A stretch of DNA of 64,000 nucleotides from Armatimonadota bacterium (GCA_041690135.1 JAWLHY010000003.1:768001-832000); one strand, 5' to 3'. Shown: positions 10,850 to 21,385, counted from the stretch's first letter. The notes: generated by a model not told the origin, from the letters alone. Numbers and translations are program-made.

Positions 10850-11003
10850 GACCGTCCCCGATGCTTCGCCAAAGTTCCCGGAAAAATAAGTTCATAAAGA
10901 TATAGTAGCGCGTATATACTCTTGAAGTGAAGAGCGGAGGTTCCGATGACGAAGCCGCTCCCCTTCCGGGCAATTCCCGGAGTGCTCGCAAAGGAGACTG
11001 AAA

Positions 11004-11459
11004 GTGGAGACCCTCGAAGCCATGGCCGGCATGCTCCAGTGGGCCGGCAAGAATTGCGCCTACAACCTGGATTTCATCCCCGACGACAAGCTTTCCTGGA
11101 AGCCGGCCCCGGAGGCCAACTCGGCCCTGGAAATTGTACAGCACGTGGGGGTCGCCCTGACGATGCTCCGGCGGGGGATCGCCGGCGAAGAGTCTCGGCC
11201 GGACGAGGTGGCCTTGCCGGCGTCTCGCGAGGAGGCCAAGGCGCAACTGGTCGGATGGGCGAACGCCTGCGCCGACACCATGCGCGCTCTGAAGCCAGAG
11301 GACTTCAGCCGAACCGTGAATCTCAACGGGCGCGAATTCCCGATGCAGCGCGCGGTGGGTATTCCGCTGATCGACCTGGTGCATCACCACGGGCAGATCG
11401 CCTATATTCAGACGCTCCTGGGAGATACCGAGAGCCATTTCGATCCGTCTGCCTTCTGA
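11004..11459 (+). CDS. DinB family protein
   Basis: WKPAPEANSALEIVQHV, HHHGQIAYIQTLLG; AAGGAG RBS; divergent from the HxlR gene. Confidence 0.85.
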   Translation: METLEAMAGMLQWAGKNCAYNLDFIPDDKLSWKPAPEANSALEIVQHVGVALTMLRRGIAGEESRPDEVALPASREEAKAQLVGWANACADTMRALKPEDFSRTVNLNGREFPMQRAVGIPLIDLVHHHGQIAYIQTLLGDTESHFDPSAF

Positions 11460-11588
11460 ACAGGAGCGCGGAAGAGGGAACCGATTTGGCCCGCGCCCAC
11501 ACGGGTCTCAGGAGAATACACGGAAGGGCGCGGAAGAGGGGGACCGATTTGGCCCGCGGAATACGCGGAAATGCGTGGAAGAGGGAAG

Positions 11589-11820
11589 AAGGGCTATCGG
11601 AGCGTGCCCAATACAGCGGTGAAATCTCTGCAGGAACAGCCGGTTAATTGGTGGACATTCCGATCGCCCGCCGATCCTCAACGCGAAGGTGAGCGTGGAG
11701 CCCGCGAAGGCCAGAACCAACCCCCTACTGCGCGAAGGCTTCCCCCTTCTCTGCGTCGGAGAAGTTTACGCCGCGGGGGTGGGGGATCGAGGGGGATGCG
11801 GTTACCACGGTCACCGCACC
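11589..11820 (+). repeat. REPIN/MITE-like dispersed element, copy 1 (left REP truncated)
   Basis: Colinear similarity to 62216-62487 and 63001-63273 (gggctatcgg ... tactgcgcga.ggcttcccccttc.ctgcgtcggagaagtttacgcc ... ggttacc.cggtcaccgca). Confidence 0.85.
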
Positions 11821-11853
11821 CGGTAGTGTTAACGTGCAGGGGAATTGCGGAAT

Positions 11854-11892
11854 CCAGGTGAGGAGGGCGGGCGTAGCGCCCTCCTCACCTGG
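11854..11892. terminator. Perfect 16-bp hairpin between convergent genes
   Basis: ccaggtgaggagggcg-N7-cgccctcctcacctgg. Confidence 0.5.
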
Positions 11893-12192
11893 TTCGGGGT
11901 GCGGGGGTTGGCGGCCTGGGTGAACCGGCAGGCGGGGGTGCACGTCTCCTCCCTGGGGCCTTCTTGTTCAGGCTTTGAGGAGGGGAAGCGGTGCTGATGA
12001 GCCCCAGCCCTCCCCGCCGCGCGGGCCGTCCCAAGCAGGCATTTGGGAAAGTGGAGCTTCCCTGTTCTGGGGTGCGCACCCGGACGAAAAGGCGGTGGCG
12101 GCCCGGTGGTCGGCCTCGGATCCGGCACTCGACGTGCTGGAAAAGGGCGACCGCCGGTAACACCCGTGAGCCGCAGTGCCCCAGAGTCTCGT

Positions 12193-13332
12193 TCAGGTCA
12201 GCACTTCCGCGAGCGAGACCATCCGGCTTTTCTCGGCGAGGGATCTGGCGCCCGCGTGAACAATGGCGGTCACTTCCAGGATCTCCTGGTGAGGAACCGG
12301 TTCCTGCCGCGTGCGGATCATCTTGCGGAAAGTATCGGCCATCCGGAACATCTCATAGTGGTGGCCGAGACCCCAGTTGCCCTCGATGGCCGGGGTGTAC
12401 TCGTAGGTTCGCTTCTGGAAGTGAACCGAGGTCGAGCAGTACTGGGAGGCGATATCGGGACGGCCGTACCACACTTCGGCGGGCATCCGGTCGCGGTAGG
12501 TGAGCAGGGCGTGACAGGTACCGCCAAAGGCATAGGCGCTCACGGCGTCCACACCCGGCCCCGCCAGAGTCATGATCGTCCAGATCGGATGCTGCGAGTA
12601 GATCATCCAGCCAGGCAGGGTATAGCCGCCGCCGAGACTGGCGATCACGTACTGGAGGGTGCCGTAGTCCCCCGCGTCGCGCATCCGCAGGGCCTGTTCG
12701 GTCCCCCACTGGTGTCGAAAGAGGCTGGAGGACATCAGCGGAGCTTTGCGTTCCTGGGCCAGCTTCAGAATGCGCCGGGTTCCCGCCACGGTTCCGCCGA
12801 TCGGCTTATCGCAAAAGGTCGGCAGTCCCTTCTCCAGCCCGGGAGCGACCAGGTCGTAGTGGTCCCGTCCATCGCCGGAGGCATCACCCATCCACACCGC
12901 GTCGACTTCGCGCACCATCTCCTCGAGGGAGCGCGCCACCTGAACGCCGGGAAAAGCCTCCGCGTACTCCGCCGCGTTGGCAGGATCGGCGTCGTAGACG
13001 TGGGTGATGCGGGTATCGGAGAACGGAATCTGGTCGAAGTTGTCTTCCAGCCGCCGGCGATACTTGTCGAAGTACGCAACGTTTGCGGGATCGACATACT
13101 TCTTGATGGCGTCGTAGTTGAGCGTCGGATGGAAGAAGTGCGCGAAGTGCCAGGTATGCCCGTTGGTCTTGTGCGGCTTGCCGTTTAGAGTGGATGAGGT
13201 CACCCCGATGCGATAGATCCTGGCGGCAGGCGGATCGGCGGCCGGCACCGGGGTGTGGAGGGCGAGGGCGGGAAGGGCCGCGGTCGCGGCCCCGAGGAGG
13301 CGACGGCGAGAGGGATCCGCTGGGGTGGACAT
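12193..13332 (-). CDS. Gfo/Idh/MocA-like oxidoreductase with twin-arginine signal
   Basis: SRRRLLG Tat motif; GLPTFCDKPI and MSSSLFR motifs. Confidence 0.75.
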   Translation of the reverse strand: MSTPADPSRRRLLGAATAALPALALHTPVPAADPPAARIYRIGVTSSTLNGKPHKTNGHTWHFAHFFHPTLNYDAIKKYVDPANVAYFDKYRRRLEDNFDQIPFSDTRITHVYDADPANAAEYAEAFPGVQVARSLEEMVREVDAVWMGDASGDGRDHYDLVAPGLEKGLPTFCDKPIGGTVAGTRRILKLAQERKAPLMSSSLFRHQWGTEQALRMRDAGDYGTLQYVIASLGGGYTLPGWMIYSQHPIWTIMTLAGPGVDAVSAYAFGGTCHALLTYRDRMPAEVWYGRPDIASQYCSTSVHFQKRTYEYTPAIEGNWGLGHHYEMFRMADTFRKMIRTRQEPVPHQEILEVTAIVHAGARSLAEKSRMVSLAEVLT

Positions 13333-13372
13333 GGGGTAGAGACGCTCCTTGCCGGTATCCGTTCTCTTTCCT

Positions 13373-13609
13373 ATGACGCGAGAACCGGACCCGGCGGCAC
13401 AGCGGCCGGAAGATCCGTGGCTGGAATTCCCTCTTGAGAGTATTGGCCCGGCGTGCGGTTTCACCCGATGCCGGCTCCCAGAGGGAAAGGTCTACGACGA
13501 GCCGGTGATCCAACTCGACCTTCTCTCCGCGGACCTGGGGGAGACGCGCGACTTCCGGGCGGAGCGCCCGGAAGTCTACTCCGCCCTGCGCGAGAAGTGT
13601 CAGCGGTAG
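13373..13609 (+). pseudogene. Possible remnant of a sulfatase C-terminus
   Basis: DLLSADLGETRDFRAERPEV resembles the sulfatase C-terminal LYDL..DP.E..DLA.E.PEV motif; no upstream catalytic part. Confidence 0.3.
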
Positions 13610-13825
13610 GACGGGGAGCTATCCGAGCCGCGCTGGGTGGATCCGAATCCGGACCCCCACGCGGCGAAGCCGAAACGCCAGTAGCCGTGGGACGATCAGC
13701 GGTTTGTAGGCCGCAGTGGAAGCCCCTCCTGGATGGATGCGCTCTCCATCTCTGCGCTCGGTTAGGGTTCGCCGGTACTGCTGGGGGGAATAGGAGAGTC
13801 AGACCGGCAAAAAAGGGACGAACCG

Positions 13826-15772
13826 GTGAACTATCGATTGGCCTTCTTCCCACTCTTCATCCTGTTGGTCTTCACCTACTCTGGCTGCATCAGCGGATGC
13901 CGGCGCGGAAATGCAGCTATCGACCTGAACCGCCCGGAGGTTACGGAAATGACGGCGGCGCGGCAGCCTCACCTGGCCGGATCGCTGCAGGAGCGGTGGC
14001 GTCTTCCACTTCCCGCGGACCCGCGCTTCCGTCGCGGGGTGACCGCGGGAGACCTGGATGGGGACGGTGAAGCGGAGATTGTCGTCCACACCAAAACCGG
14101 CGCGGTGGTACTGAAGCAGTCCGGGGAAAAGATCGGCACCCTGCCCATTCCCGGGGACACGCCGTTTCTTGACCTGGGGAGACGCCCGGATGGACCGTAT
14201 CTGATCGCCTTTCAGGTGTGGGGACATGCAGTCCACGCTTTTGGTGGCGGGGGTCATCGGCTCTGGAGCTATTCCACCAAAGACGCGGTGGACTGGGCCT
14301 GTAGGGCGGTCTTCCCGACGCCGGAAGGGGACGGCGTAGCGATCGGCTACAACGGCGACGGCGGGGTGCGCATGCTGAACGCGGATGGGACTCTGCGCTG
14401 GCATGCTCGCGGTCCTACCAACGTCTGGAGCGTGGCGGCGGTCCGGTTGGCAAAGGACGGTAAGAGCGGAGTCGCCTGCGTGAATGATGGGATCCTCGTA
14501 TACGACACCGACGGCCGTAAGCTCCGCGAGATCCGAGCGGAAGGGAGCTACGATCATCCCTTCTCTGTCGGCGCGGTTTACGGAGCGGACCTGGACGGAA
14601 ACGGCGTCGACGAGATACTGGGGCTCGGGACGACCCAGGTCAGCGGCGGCTATCTCTGGGTGTTCGACACCGAGGGAAAGCTCCGCTGGCGCCATCGAGC
14701 CGAAACTGGGTACGCTGCCCTGAAAGGTCCTTTGGCCGCAGGGCGGTTCTGGCCTGTGGGTGAGCGGTGGAGACAGGTCGCGGTTGGTTTCGAAGACGGA
14801 ACTATCTTTTTCTTCGACCATGAAGGCCGACCCTTACCTGGGCTGAAGCTCGAGCCGGGCCTGCAGTCCTTCTGTACACTGCCGCGCTCCGGCATTGCGA
14901 TGGATGCGCTCATTGCCGTTACTGCTGAGGCGGTGGTCTGCTACGACTGGAAAGCGGTCCCACCAGAAACCCCTCTCGTGCTGGCGGAACCCGCTCCTCC
15001 CGAGCCACCGTTGATCCAGGCTATCCAGCGGGGTGATCTCGGCGACGTCCAGGCGCTCTTGCAGCAAGGCGCGGATCCGCGGGTGACCAGCACGCAGGGC
15101 ACGCCGGCACTCCGCATGGCCGCGGGCCTGGGACACGTCCGCATCGTGGAGGCGCTTCTCGATGCCGGGATGGAGGTCGACTTCGCCCAGGACGACGGGG
15201 ACACGCCCCTTATGGAAGCGGCGACGCGAGGTCAGGTAGAGGTCGCCCGCCTTCTGCTGCAGCGGGGTGCCGATATCCACGTTCGCAGCGACCAGGGAAT
15301 AACCCCGCTCATCTCCGCCGCGATGTTCGGATCCATACCGATCGTGAAGATGCTCCTTCAAGCGGGAGCGCAGGTGAACTCCGAAGACGAGCAAGGGAAT
15401 ACCGCGCTCAAGTGGGCCGCGACGCAAGGCCACAGCGAAGTTGCTGAGCTTCTTTTGGCGCACGGGGCGACCGTGGACCACCGGGACTGGTACGGTGCCA
15501 CACCCCTGATGTGGGCTGCGTTCGGCGGGCACGTCGATACGGTGAAGCTATTGCTGGCCCACGGAGCGGACCCACACGCGCGGGACGACGAGACCCGCCG
15601 CCAGTATGGCCGCGCCCAGTACGCGGGCGACACCGAGACAGTGTCACGCATTGAGAGGAGCGGCGCGCTCCGTACGCTGCAAGAGAACGGCCGTTCGGTT
15701 CTGGAGTGGGCGCACATGAGCAACAATCCAGAGGTCCTTCAGATACTCCGTGAAGCTGGCGCGAAGAAGTAG
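13826..15772 (+). CDS. Exported/lipoprotein with FG-GAP/PQQ-like beta-propeller and C-terminal ankyrin repeats
   Basis: Signal-like N-terminus with Cys; DLDGDG/DLDGNG motifs; repeated G.TPL..AA..G...VV..LL..GA. Confidence 0.85.
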   Translation: MNYRLAFFPLFILLVFTYSGCISGCRRGNAAIDLNRPEVTEMTAARQPHLAGSLQERWRLPLPADPRFRRGVTAGDLDGDGEAEIVVHTKTGAVVLKQSGEKIGTLPIPGDTPFLDLGRRPDGPYLIAFQVWGHAVHAFGGGGHRLWSYSTKDAVDWACRAVFPTPEGDGVAIGYNGDGGVRMLNADGTLRWHARGPTNVWSVAAVRLAKDGKSGVACVNDGILVYDTDGRKLREIRAEGSYDHPFSVGAVYGADLDGNGVDEILGLGTTQVSGGYLWVFDTEGKLRWRHRAETGYAALKGPLAAGRFWPVGERWRQVAVGFEDGTIFFFDHEGRPLPGLKLEPGLQSFCTLPRSGIAMDALIAVTAEAVVCYDWKAVPPETPLVLAEPAPPEPPLIQAIQRGDLGDVQALLQQGADPRVTSTQGTPALRMAAGLGHVRIVEALLDAGMEVDFAQDDGDTPLMEAATRGQVEVARLLLQRGADIHVRSDQGITPLISAAMFGSIPIVKMLLQAGAQVNSEDEQGNTALKWAATQGHSEVAELLLAHGATVDHRDWYGATPLMWAAFGGHVDTVKLLLAHGADPHARDDETRRQYGRAQYAGDTETVSRIERSGALRTLQENGRSVLEWAHMSNNPEVLQILREAGAKK

Positions 15773-16044
15773 GTCGCCAGGTCTCTCCGCTGGACGTGAT
15801 AAGGGCAGTATCCGGCTTCAGGCAGGACGATTTGCTTTCGTGGTGAAGCTGAGTCCGGTACACCGGATTCCGCGGGCAACGAATCGCCAGTACTCCACCG
15901 TCGGTTCGAGGGCAACTCGGATGCCGTCCGGCGGTCCTAAGGGTCGGGACGACACGGCGAGTGTTCGGCGAGTCTCCGGGGCGAGGATGCCGTTTCGGAG
16001 GGGACTGTCTCGTTGCGGCAGTTGGGAAAGGGAAGGGGAGAGGG

Positions 16045-18864
16045 TTGAAGCGCTATTCGAGAACAGAGAGCCAGAACAGTCGCCGCGCGGGACGCCGTCT
16101 CCGCCTGGGCGTACTCACGCTCCTCGCCTGTACGGCCCTGCCGACCCTGGCCCCCCTCGCCGCCCCTACCGCCGGGTCAGCCAGAACCTCCTCCAAACCC
16201 AAGGCACAGCACTCTGCGCCTGAGCGCCAAAAGCCTGAACGCCGAAAGCCTGAACGCCCACAGCCCAACAGGCCTCGCACGGGAAAACTCGCCCCTATCG
16301 CTCCCAAAGTTTCCTTCAACCGGGACATCCGCCCGATCCTCTCGGACAACTGCTTCGCCTGTCACGGCCCCGACCAGAACACGCGGATGGCCAACCTCCG
16401 GTTGGACGTGCGGGAGGAGGCGATCGCCCGGGGCGCCATCGTGCCGGGAAAGCCGAACACCAGTTCCCTGGTGGCACGGGTTCTGGCTACCGGCGCGCGG
16501 GTGATGCCGCCGGCCTCCTTCCACAAGACCCTCACCGCCGCCCAGAAGTCCCTCCTCAAGCGGTGGGTCGCGGAGGGGGCCGAGTATCAGGCCCACTGGG
16601 CGTATCTCCCGCCCCAGCGCCCGGCCGTACCGAAGCTCACCGATCCCCGCTATCCCGTCCGCAATCCGATCGACGATCTCGTTCGCTCACGCCTGAAGGC
16701 GAAGGGACTCCTCCCCTCGCCGGAAGCGGACCGCCGCACCCTCATCCGCCGCCTCTACTTCGACCTGCTCGGCATTCCCCCCACTCCCACGGAAGTCGCC
16801 CAGTTCCTCCAGGAGAGCGAAGAGGAGCCGCGGCTGACTGACTCCGGGAAAGAAGGCAGAAGGCAGAAGGCAGAAGGCAGTCTTCGCGGAACCCGGAACC
16901 CGGAACCCGGAACTCGGAACTTCGACCTTGCTTACCAGCGCCTGGTAGAGCGGGTGCTGGCGAAGCCGCAGTACGGGGAACGGATGGCGATCGGCTGGCT
17001 GGACGTGGTCCGCTACGCCGACACCATCGGTTACCACAGCGACACCCCGCGCAACGTGTGGCCCTACCGGGACTGGGTGATCCGCAGCTTCAACGAGAAC
17101 AAGCCGTTCGACCGGTTTACGATCGAGCAGGTGGCGGGTGATCTGCTCCCAGATGCGAACCAGCAGACCCGCGTCGGCTCCGCCTTCAACCGGCTGCTCC
17201 TCACGACCGAGGAGGGCGGCGCGCAGCCGAAGGACTACGAGGCCCGGATGCTGACCGACCGGGTAAGGGCGATCGGGGCCACCTGGTTGGGCCAAACCAC
17301 CGGCTGCGCCCAGTGCCACGACCACAAGTTCGACCCGTTCACCGCGCGCGACTTCTACTCGCTGGGCGCCTTCTTCGCCGATATCCAGGAGCCGATCATC
17401 GGCCGGCGCGAGGACGGCATGCTGGTGATCACCGCCGAGGAGGAGCAGCGCCTGGCGAAGCTGGACGCCGAGCTGGCCGAGGCGCGGAAGTTCCTGCCCC
17501 AGCTCCAGGCGGCCCAGCCGAAGTGGGAAGCGGAAGTGCAGGCCCAGGGCTTCGCGCTGCCGGAGCTGGCGGCGGGCTCGAAGGCGCCCGAGGCGGAGAA
17601 GAACCGCGCGCGGCAGGTCGTGGCGGCCCTCAAGAAAGCGGAGAAGGCGCGGAACGGCCGGGACCGGGACCTCATCGCCACCTATTTCCGGGACCGGGCC
17701 GGGCACCCGTTCCAGGCCGAAGTGGCCGCCCTGGCGAAGGCCGAGAAGGCCCGCGGCGACTACTATGCGTCGCTGGCAAAGTGCCTGGTCAGCACCAGCA
17801 GCCCCAGCAAGCGGACCGTACGCATCCTCCCGCGCGGCAACTGGCAGGACGAAAGCGGCCCGGTGGTGAAGCCGGCCCTGCCGCACTACCTGCCGCAGCC
17901 AAAGATCGAGGGGCGGGAACTAACGCGCCTCGATCTGGCGCGGTGGCTTGTTTCCCGCGAGAACCCGCTCACCGCGCGCACGGTGATGAACCGGCTCTGG
18001 AAACAGTTCTTTGGGACCGGCCTGAGCAAGGTGCTGGACGACCTGGGGGCGCAGGGCGAGCCGCCGGTGAACCCCGAGCTGCTGGACTGGCTCGCGTGCG
18101 AGTTCATGGACAGCGGCTGGGACATGAAGCACATGGTCCGCACCATCGTCACCAGCGCCACCTATCGGCAGGCCTCCACCGCCCGTCCGGAGCTCTTGGC
18201 GGCCGATCCTGACAACCGGGAGCTGGCGCGGCAGAGCGCCTTCCGCCTGGACGCGGAGCTGGTCCGGGATAACGCCCTGGCCGTTTCCGGGCTGCTCGTC
18301 CCGAAGATCGGTGGGCCCAGCGTCAAGCCGTACCAGCCCGCCGGCTACTGGGAGAACCTGAACTTCCCCGTCCGCGAGTACGTGCCGGACACGGGCGAGA
18401 GCCAGTACCGCCGCGGGCTCTACACCTGGTGGCAGCGCTCGTTTCTCCACCCGAGCATGCTCGCGTTCGACGCGCCCAGCCGCGAGGAGTGTGCCGCCGA
18501 GCGCAGCCGCTCCAACATCCCGCAGCAGGCGCTGGTGCTGCTCAACGACCCCACCTACGTGGAGGCCGCTCGGGCCTTCGCGGCCCGGGTCCTCCGCGAG
18601 TGCCGGGGGCCGGAAGACCAGCGGTTCACCTGGGCCTGGCAGCAGGCCCTCCAGCGGAACCCGCGCCCCGCCGAGCTCCGGACGGTCCGGGGCCTCCTGA
18701 ACCAGCACCTGGCCGCCTACCGCGCCGACCCCAAGGCGGCCGGAGAATTGCTCAAGGTCGGTTTCGCTCCCTCACCGGAAGGCCTCGACCCGGCGGAGCT
18801 CGCCGCGTGGACGCACGTGGCCCGCGTGTTGCTGAACCTGCATGAAGCGATTACACGCCCGTAA
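16045..18864 (+). CDS. PSCyt1 + DUF1549 + DUF1553 (PSD1) protein, paralog A
   Basis: FNRDIRPILSDNCFACHG, CAQCHDHKFDP, PELLDWLA..GWD, RRGLYTWW; start approximate. Confidence 0.92.
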   Translation: MKRYSRTESQNSRRAGRRLRLGVLTLLACTALPTLAPLAAPTAGSARTSSKPKAQHSAPERQKPERRKPERPQPNRPRTGKLAPIAPKVSFNRDIRPILSDNCFACHGPDQNTRMANLRLDVREEAIARGAIVPGKPNTSSLVARVLATGARVMPPASFHKTLTAAQKSLLKRWVAEGAEYQAHWAYLPPQRPAVPKLTDPRYPVRNPIDDLVRSRLKAKGLLPSPEADRRTLIRRLYFDLLGIPPTPTEVAQFLQESEEEPRLTDSGKEGRRQKAEGSLRGTRNPEPGTRNFDLAYQRLVERVLAKPQYGERMAIGWLDVVRYADTIGYHSDTPRNVWPYRDWVIRSFNENKPFDRFTIEQVAGDLLPDANQQTRVGSAFNRLLLTTEEGGAQPKDYEARMLTDRVRAIGATWLGQTTGCAQCHDHKFDPFTARDFYSLGAFFADIQEPIIGRREDGMLVITAEEEQRLAKLDAELAEARKFLPQLQAAQPKWEAEVQAQGFALPELAAGSKAPEAEKNRARQVVAALKKAEKARNGRDRDLIATYFRDRAGHPFQAEVAALAKAEKARGDYYASLAKCLVSTSSPSKRTVRILPRGNWQDESGPVVKPALPHYLPQPKIEGRELTRLDLARWLVSRENPLTARTVMNRLWKQFFGTGLSKVLDDLGAQGEPPVNPELLDWLACEFMDSGWDMKHMVRTIVTSATYRQASTARPELLAADPDNRELARQSAFRLDAELVRDNALAVSGLLVPKIGGPSVKPYQPAGYWENLNFPVREYVPDTGESQYRRGLYTWWQRSFLHPSMLAFDAPSREECAAERSRSNIPQQALVLLNDPTYVEAARAFAARVLRECRGPEDQRFTWAWQQALQRNPRPAELRTVRGLLNQHLAAYRADPKAAGELLKVGFAPSPEGLDPAELAAWTHVARVLLNLHEAITRP

Positions 18865-18866
18865 TC

Positions 18867-19757
18867 ATGGCTGACGCCCCACCCCCCAGCCCCGGAACCC
18901 TCTACGTTGTTGCCACGCCGATCGGCAATCTCGAGGACATCACGTTCCGGGCCGTGCGAATCCTGCGCGAGGTGGCCGTGATTGCGGCGGAGGACACCCG
19001 CGTCACCCGGAAACTGCTATCCCACTTCGATATCCACACCCCCCTGACGTCCTACCACAGTCACACGGACCCCCGAAAGGTGGAAGCCCTGGTAGGGCGC
19101 CTGGCCGCGGGGGAGGACGTGGCCCTGGTAAGCGATGCGGGAACCCCGGGTATCAGCGACCCGGGCAGCAGTCTCATCTCGGCCGCGCTGGAGGCGGGAG
19201 TGCCGGTGGTGCCGGTGCCGGGACCCTCCGCCCTGGCGGCTGCCGTATCCGTTTCGGGGCTGGACACGACGCGGGTCACCTTTGTCGGGTTCCTCCCACG
19301 GAAGGCGGGCGAGCGCCGGCGCGAGGTGGAGGCTCTGCGTCCCTTACCTCACACCCTGGTCTTCTATGAATCCCCGGAGCGCCTGGTGGGATTTCTGGAG
19401 GCCCTGCGGGAGATCCTGGGCGATCGCCAGGCGGTTGTGGCCCGGGAGATCACGAAGAAGTTCGAGGAGTTTGCGCGCGGCCGCCTCTCCGACCTGGAGG
19501 CGCACTTCACCCAGCGGGGGGTGCGAGGGGAGTGCGCCGTGCTGGTAGCCGGCTCGACCGACCCACTGGCCGCCGCTGCCGAAGGGGACGGAATTGAGGA
19601 ACCGGAAACGGTTCTCCGGCGCCTGCTGGCGGCGGGGATGAGCGTGCGAGATGCCAGCCGTCGCGCCGCCGAGGAGACGCACCGCCCCCGGAAAGAACTC
19701 TATGCGTTGGCCGCGCGGTTGGCGGAATCTCCGGGCCCGGAGGAACCCGTCGGTTAG
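18867..19757 (+). CDS. rsmI: 16S rRNA (cytidine1402-2'-O)-methyltransferase
   Basis: LYVVATPIGNLEDIT, AEDTR, VSDAGTPGISDPG, FYESP, REITKKFEE. Confidence 0.96.
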   Translation: MADAPPPSPGTLYVVATPIGNLEDITFRAVRILREVAVIAAEDTRVTRKLLSHFDIHTPLTSYHSHTDPRKVEALVGRLAAGEDVALVSDAGTPGISDPGSSLISAALEAGVPVVPVPGPSALAAAVSVSGLDTTRVTFVGFLPRKAGERRREVEALRPLPHTLVFYESPERLVGFLEALREILGDRQAVVAREITKKFEEFARGRLSDLEAHFTQRGVRGECAVLVAGSTDPLAAAAEGDGIEEPETVLRRLLAAGMSVRDASRRAAEETHRPRKELYALAARLAESPGPEEPVG

Positions 19758-20455
19758 GAAACGGAAGCCTCTTCGGAGGATTCTTCCTCGACGGGATAGT
19801 GGTCCGGAGGCACCACCCAGATCTTGGAGCACACTTCGTCGCCCAGGGCGTATTCCTGCTCTCCCACGCGCACCATCAGGGGTCCGTTGAACGGTGCACG
19901 GGCCGTTACCTGAACCTCCGCTCCCGGTTTCATCCCCAGGGAAGCCACGTACTCCAGGAACTCCGGAGTCTCGTCCCCGATGCGCGCCACTTCCACGCTG
20001 TCTCCGGGCTCAACCCGGGCCAGGCGGATGTTCGCTTCCGGTTGCGTCCAGTTGATCGGCTGCCCGTGCGGGCAGGTGGTGGGATAGCCCAGGAACTTCT
20101 CCAGCCGGGCTTCGACTTCCGGGGTGATGTGGTGTTCCATGCGGCCCGCTTCCTCGTCGGCGAGGTGCCACGGTAAACCCAGCACATCCACCAGCAGGCG
20201 CTCCAGGAGACCGTGGCGTCGAATCGTGGCCAGCGCGCTCTCCCGGCCGGAATCCGTTAGCGTAATTCCATGGTACTTCTCGTGAATGATCAGGCCCCGC
20301 TCGTGGAGGCGCTTCAGCATTCCGGTCACGGAGGCCGGCGATACCTTAAGACTGCGGGCCAGGTCGGTCGTGGTGACTTCCGGCTGCTCTTTGGAGAGGC
20401 GGTAGATCCATTCGAGGTACTCCTCGATATTGGCACTAAGCGCGGGTTCGCTCAC
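19754..20455 (-). CDS. DtxR/MntR-family metal-dependent regulator with FeoA domain
   Basis: EEYLEWIY, VSPASVTGML, RRHGLLE, EHH, CPHGQPI; C-terminal FeoA-like segment. Confidence 0.92.
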   Translation of the reverse strand: MSEPALSANIEEYLEWIYRLSKEQPEVTTTDLARSLKVSPASVTGMLKRLHERGLIIHEKYHGITLTDSGRESALATIRRHGLLERLLVDVLGLPWHLADEEAGRMEHHITPEVEARLEKFLGYPTTCPHGQPINWTQPEANIRLARVEPGDSVEVARIGDETPEFLEYVASLGMKPGAEVQVTARAPFNGPLMVRVGEQEYALGDEVCSKIWVVPPDHYPVEEESSEEASVS

Positions 20456-20658
20456 GAGATTCTCCTTTCGGGCAGACCCTTACCGCCCCACTTGATTATA
20501 ACTCCCGCCGGAGAGGCGTACCAACGGGATGCGATGGAGATCATTTTCAAAAGAAACGCTTGCTATGGGTTTAGGCGTCCCCTAATAACTGGTAGATTAA
20601 ACGAAAGCAATAAAGCTTCTATAGAGGCTCGGTCACGCCCGGAAGGCTGGTGCCACGG

Positions 20659-21006
20659 ATGCGTTATGGCGAGTTGAAGGTCTGGACGGAGGAATGGGAC
20701 GGCATCCCCGTCATCGGCGCGGAAGGCGAGGTAGATCTGGGAACGGTGGCTGCGCTTCGCACCACCACCTCCGAGGTCGTGCGCCGGAAGCCCGATTCCA
20801 TCGTCTTCGACCTGCGTAAGGTCACTTACATCGACAGTAGTGGCCTCGGGATCCTGCTGGCTGCGCGGAAGCAGCTAGGCAAGGGAGCCGATTCGGTGAT
20901 CGTCATCAGCGATCAGCCGGCGGTGCTACAGTCACTGAAAATCACCGGACTGGACCGCGTGCTGCGCGTGCAGGCGGAACCGGCAGGTTTGCCGACCCTT
21001 ACGTAG
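20659..21006 (+). CDS. STAS-domain anti-sigma factor antagonist
   Basis: GEVDL, VTYIDSSGLG, ITGLD. Confidence 0.9.
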   Translation: MRYGELKVWTEEWDGIPVIGAEGEVDLGTVAALRTTTSEVVRRKPDSIVFDLRKVTYIDSSGLGILLAARKQLGKGADSVIVISDQPAVLQSLKITGLDRVLRVQAEPAGLPTLT

Positions 21007-21090
21007 CGGCGCCCACCGGTGAGACGCGGAAACGAATTACCGCGGATCAGCGACAATCTGCGTCCGCGGTTATTGTGCTGTACGGCCGCG

Positions 21091-21327
21091 CTACTGATCC
21101 GCCCAGGACAGGTCCACCGGCGGCTGCAACCCATTCTCCGTGGTGAGTACCTGGATCTGCGCTTCGGCCGCTTCCAATTGTCCGGCGCAGTGCCGCGAAA
21201 GCGCCACCGCTTGCTCGAACTGGCGCAGGCAGTCGTCCAGGGGCAAGTTTCCCGCCTCCAGGGTGGCCACGATCTCTTCCAGCCGCGCCACGGCCTCCTC
21301 GAAGCTCTGTTTCTCCGCCGTCTCCAT
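21091..21327 (-). CDS. xseB: Exodeoxyribonuclease VII small subunit
   Basis: SFEEAVARLEEIV..LE.G.LPLDD; downstream of xseA. Confidence 0.93.
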   Translation of the reverse strand: METAEKQSFEEAVARLEEIVATLEAGNLPLDDCLRQFEQAVALSRHCAGQLEAAEAQIQVLTTENGLQPPVDLSWADQ

Positions 21328-21385
21328 ATTCCTTACTCCTCGCTTGCTCCATGGTAACCCGCTGGGGACAACCCCGCGCGGGCGT

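Noticed and set aside
11466-11590. 30-bp direct repeat with a 32-bp gap, resembling a mini-CRISPR
   Set aside because: Only two full copies, no repeat hairpin, unrelated to the real CRISPR repeat, and embedded in cgcggaa-type short repeats.
11990-12090. CTGATGA...GAAA suggesting a hammerhead ribozyme
   Set aside because: The candidate stem II (gccccag/ctggggt) does not abut GAAA, and I could not build stems I and III.
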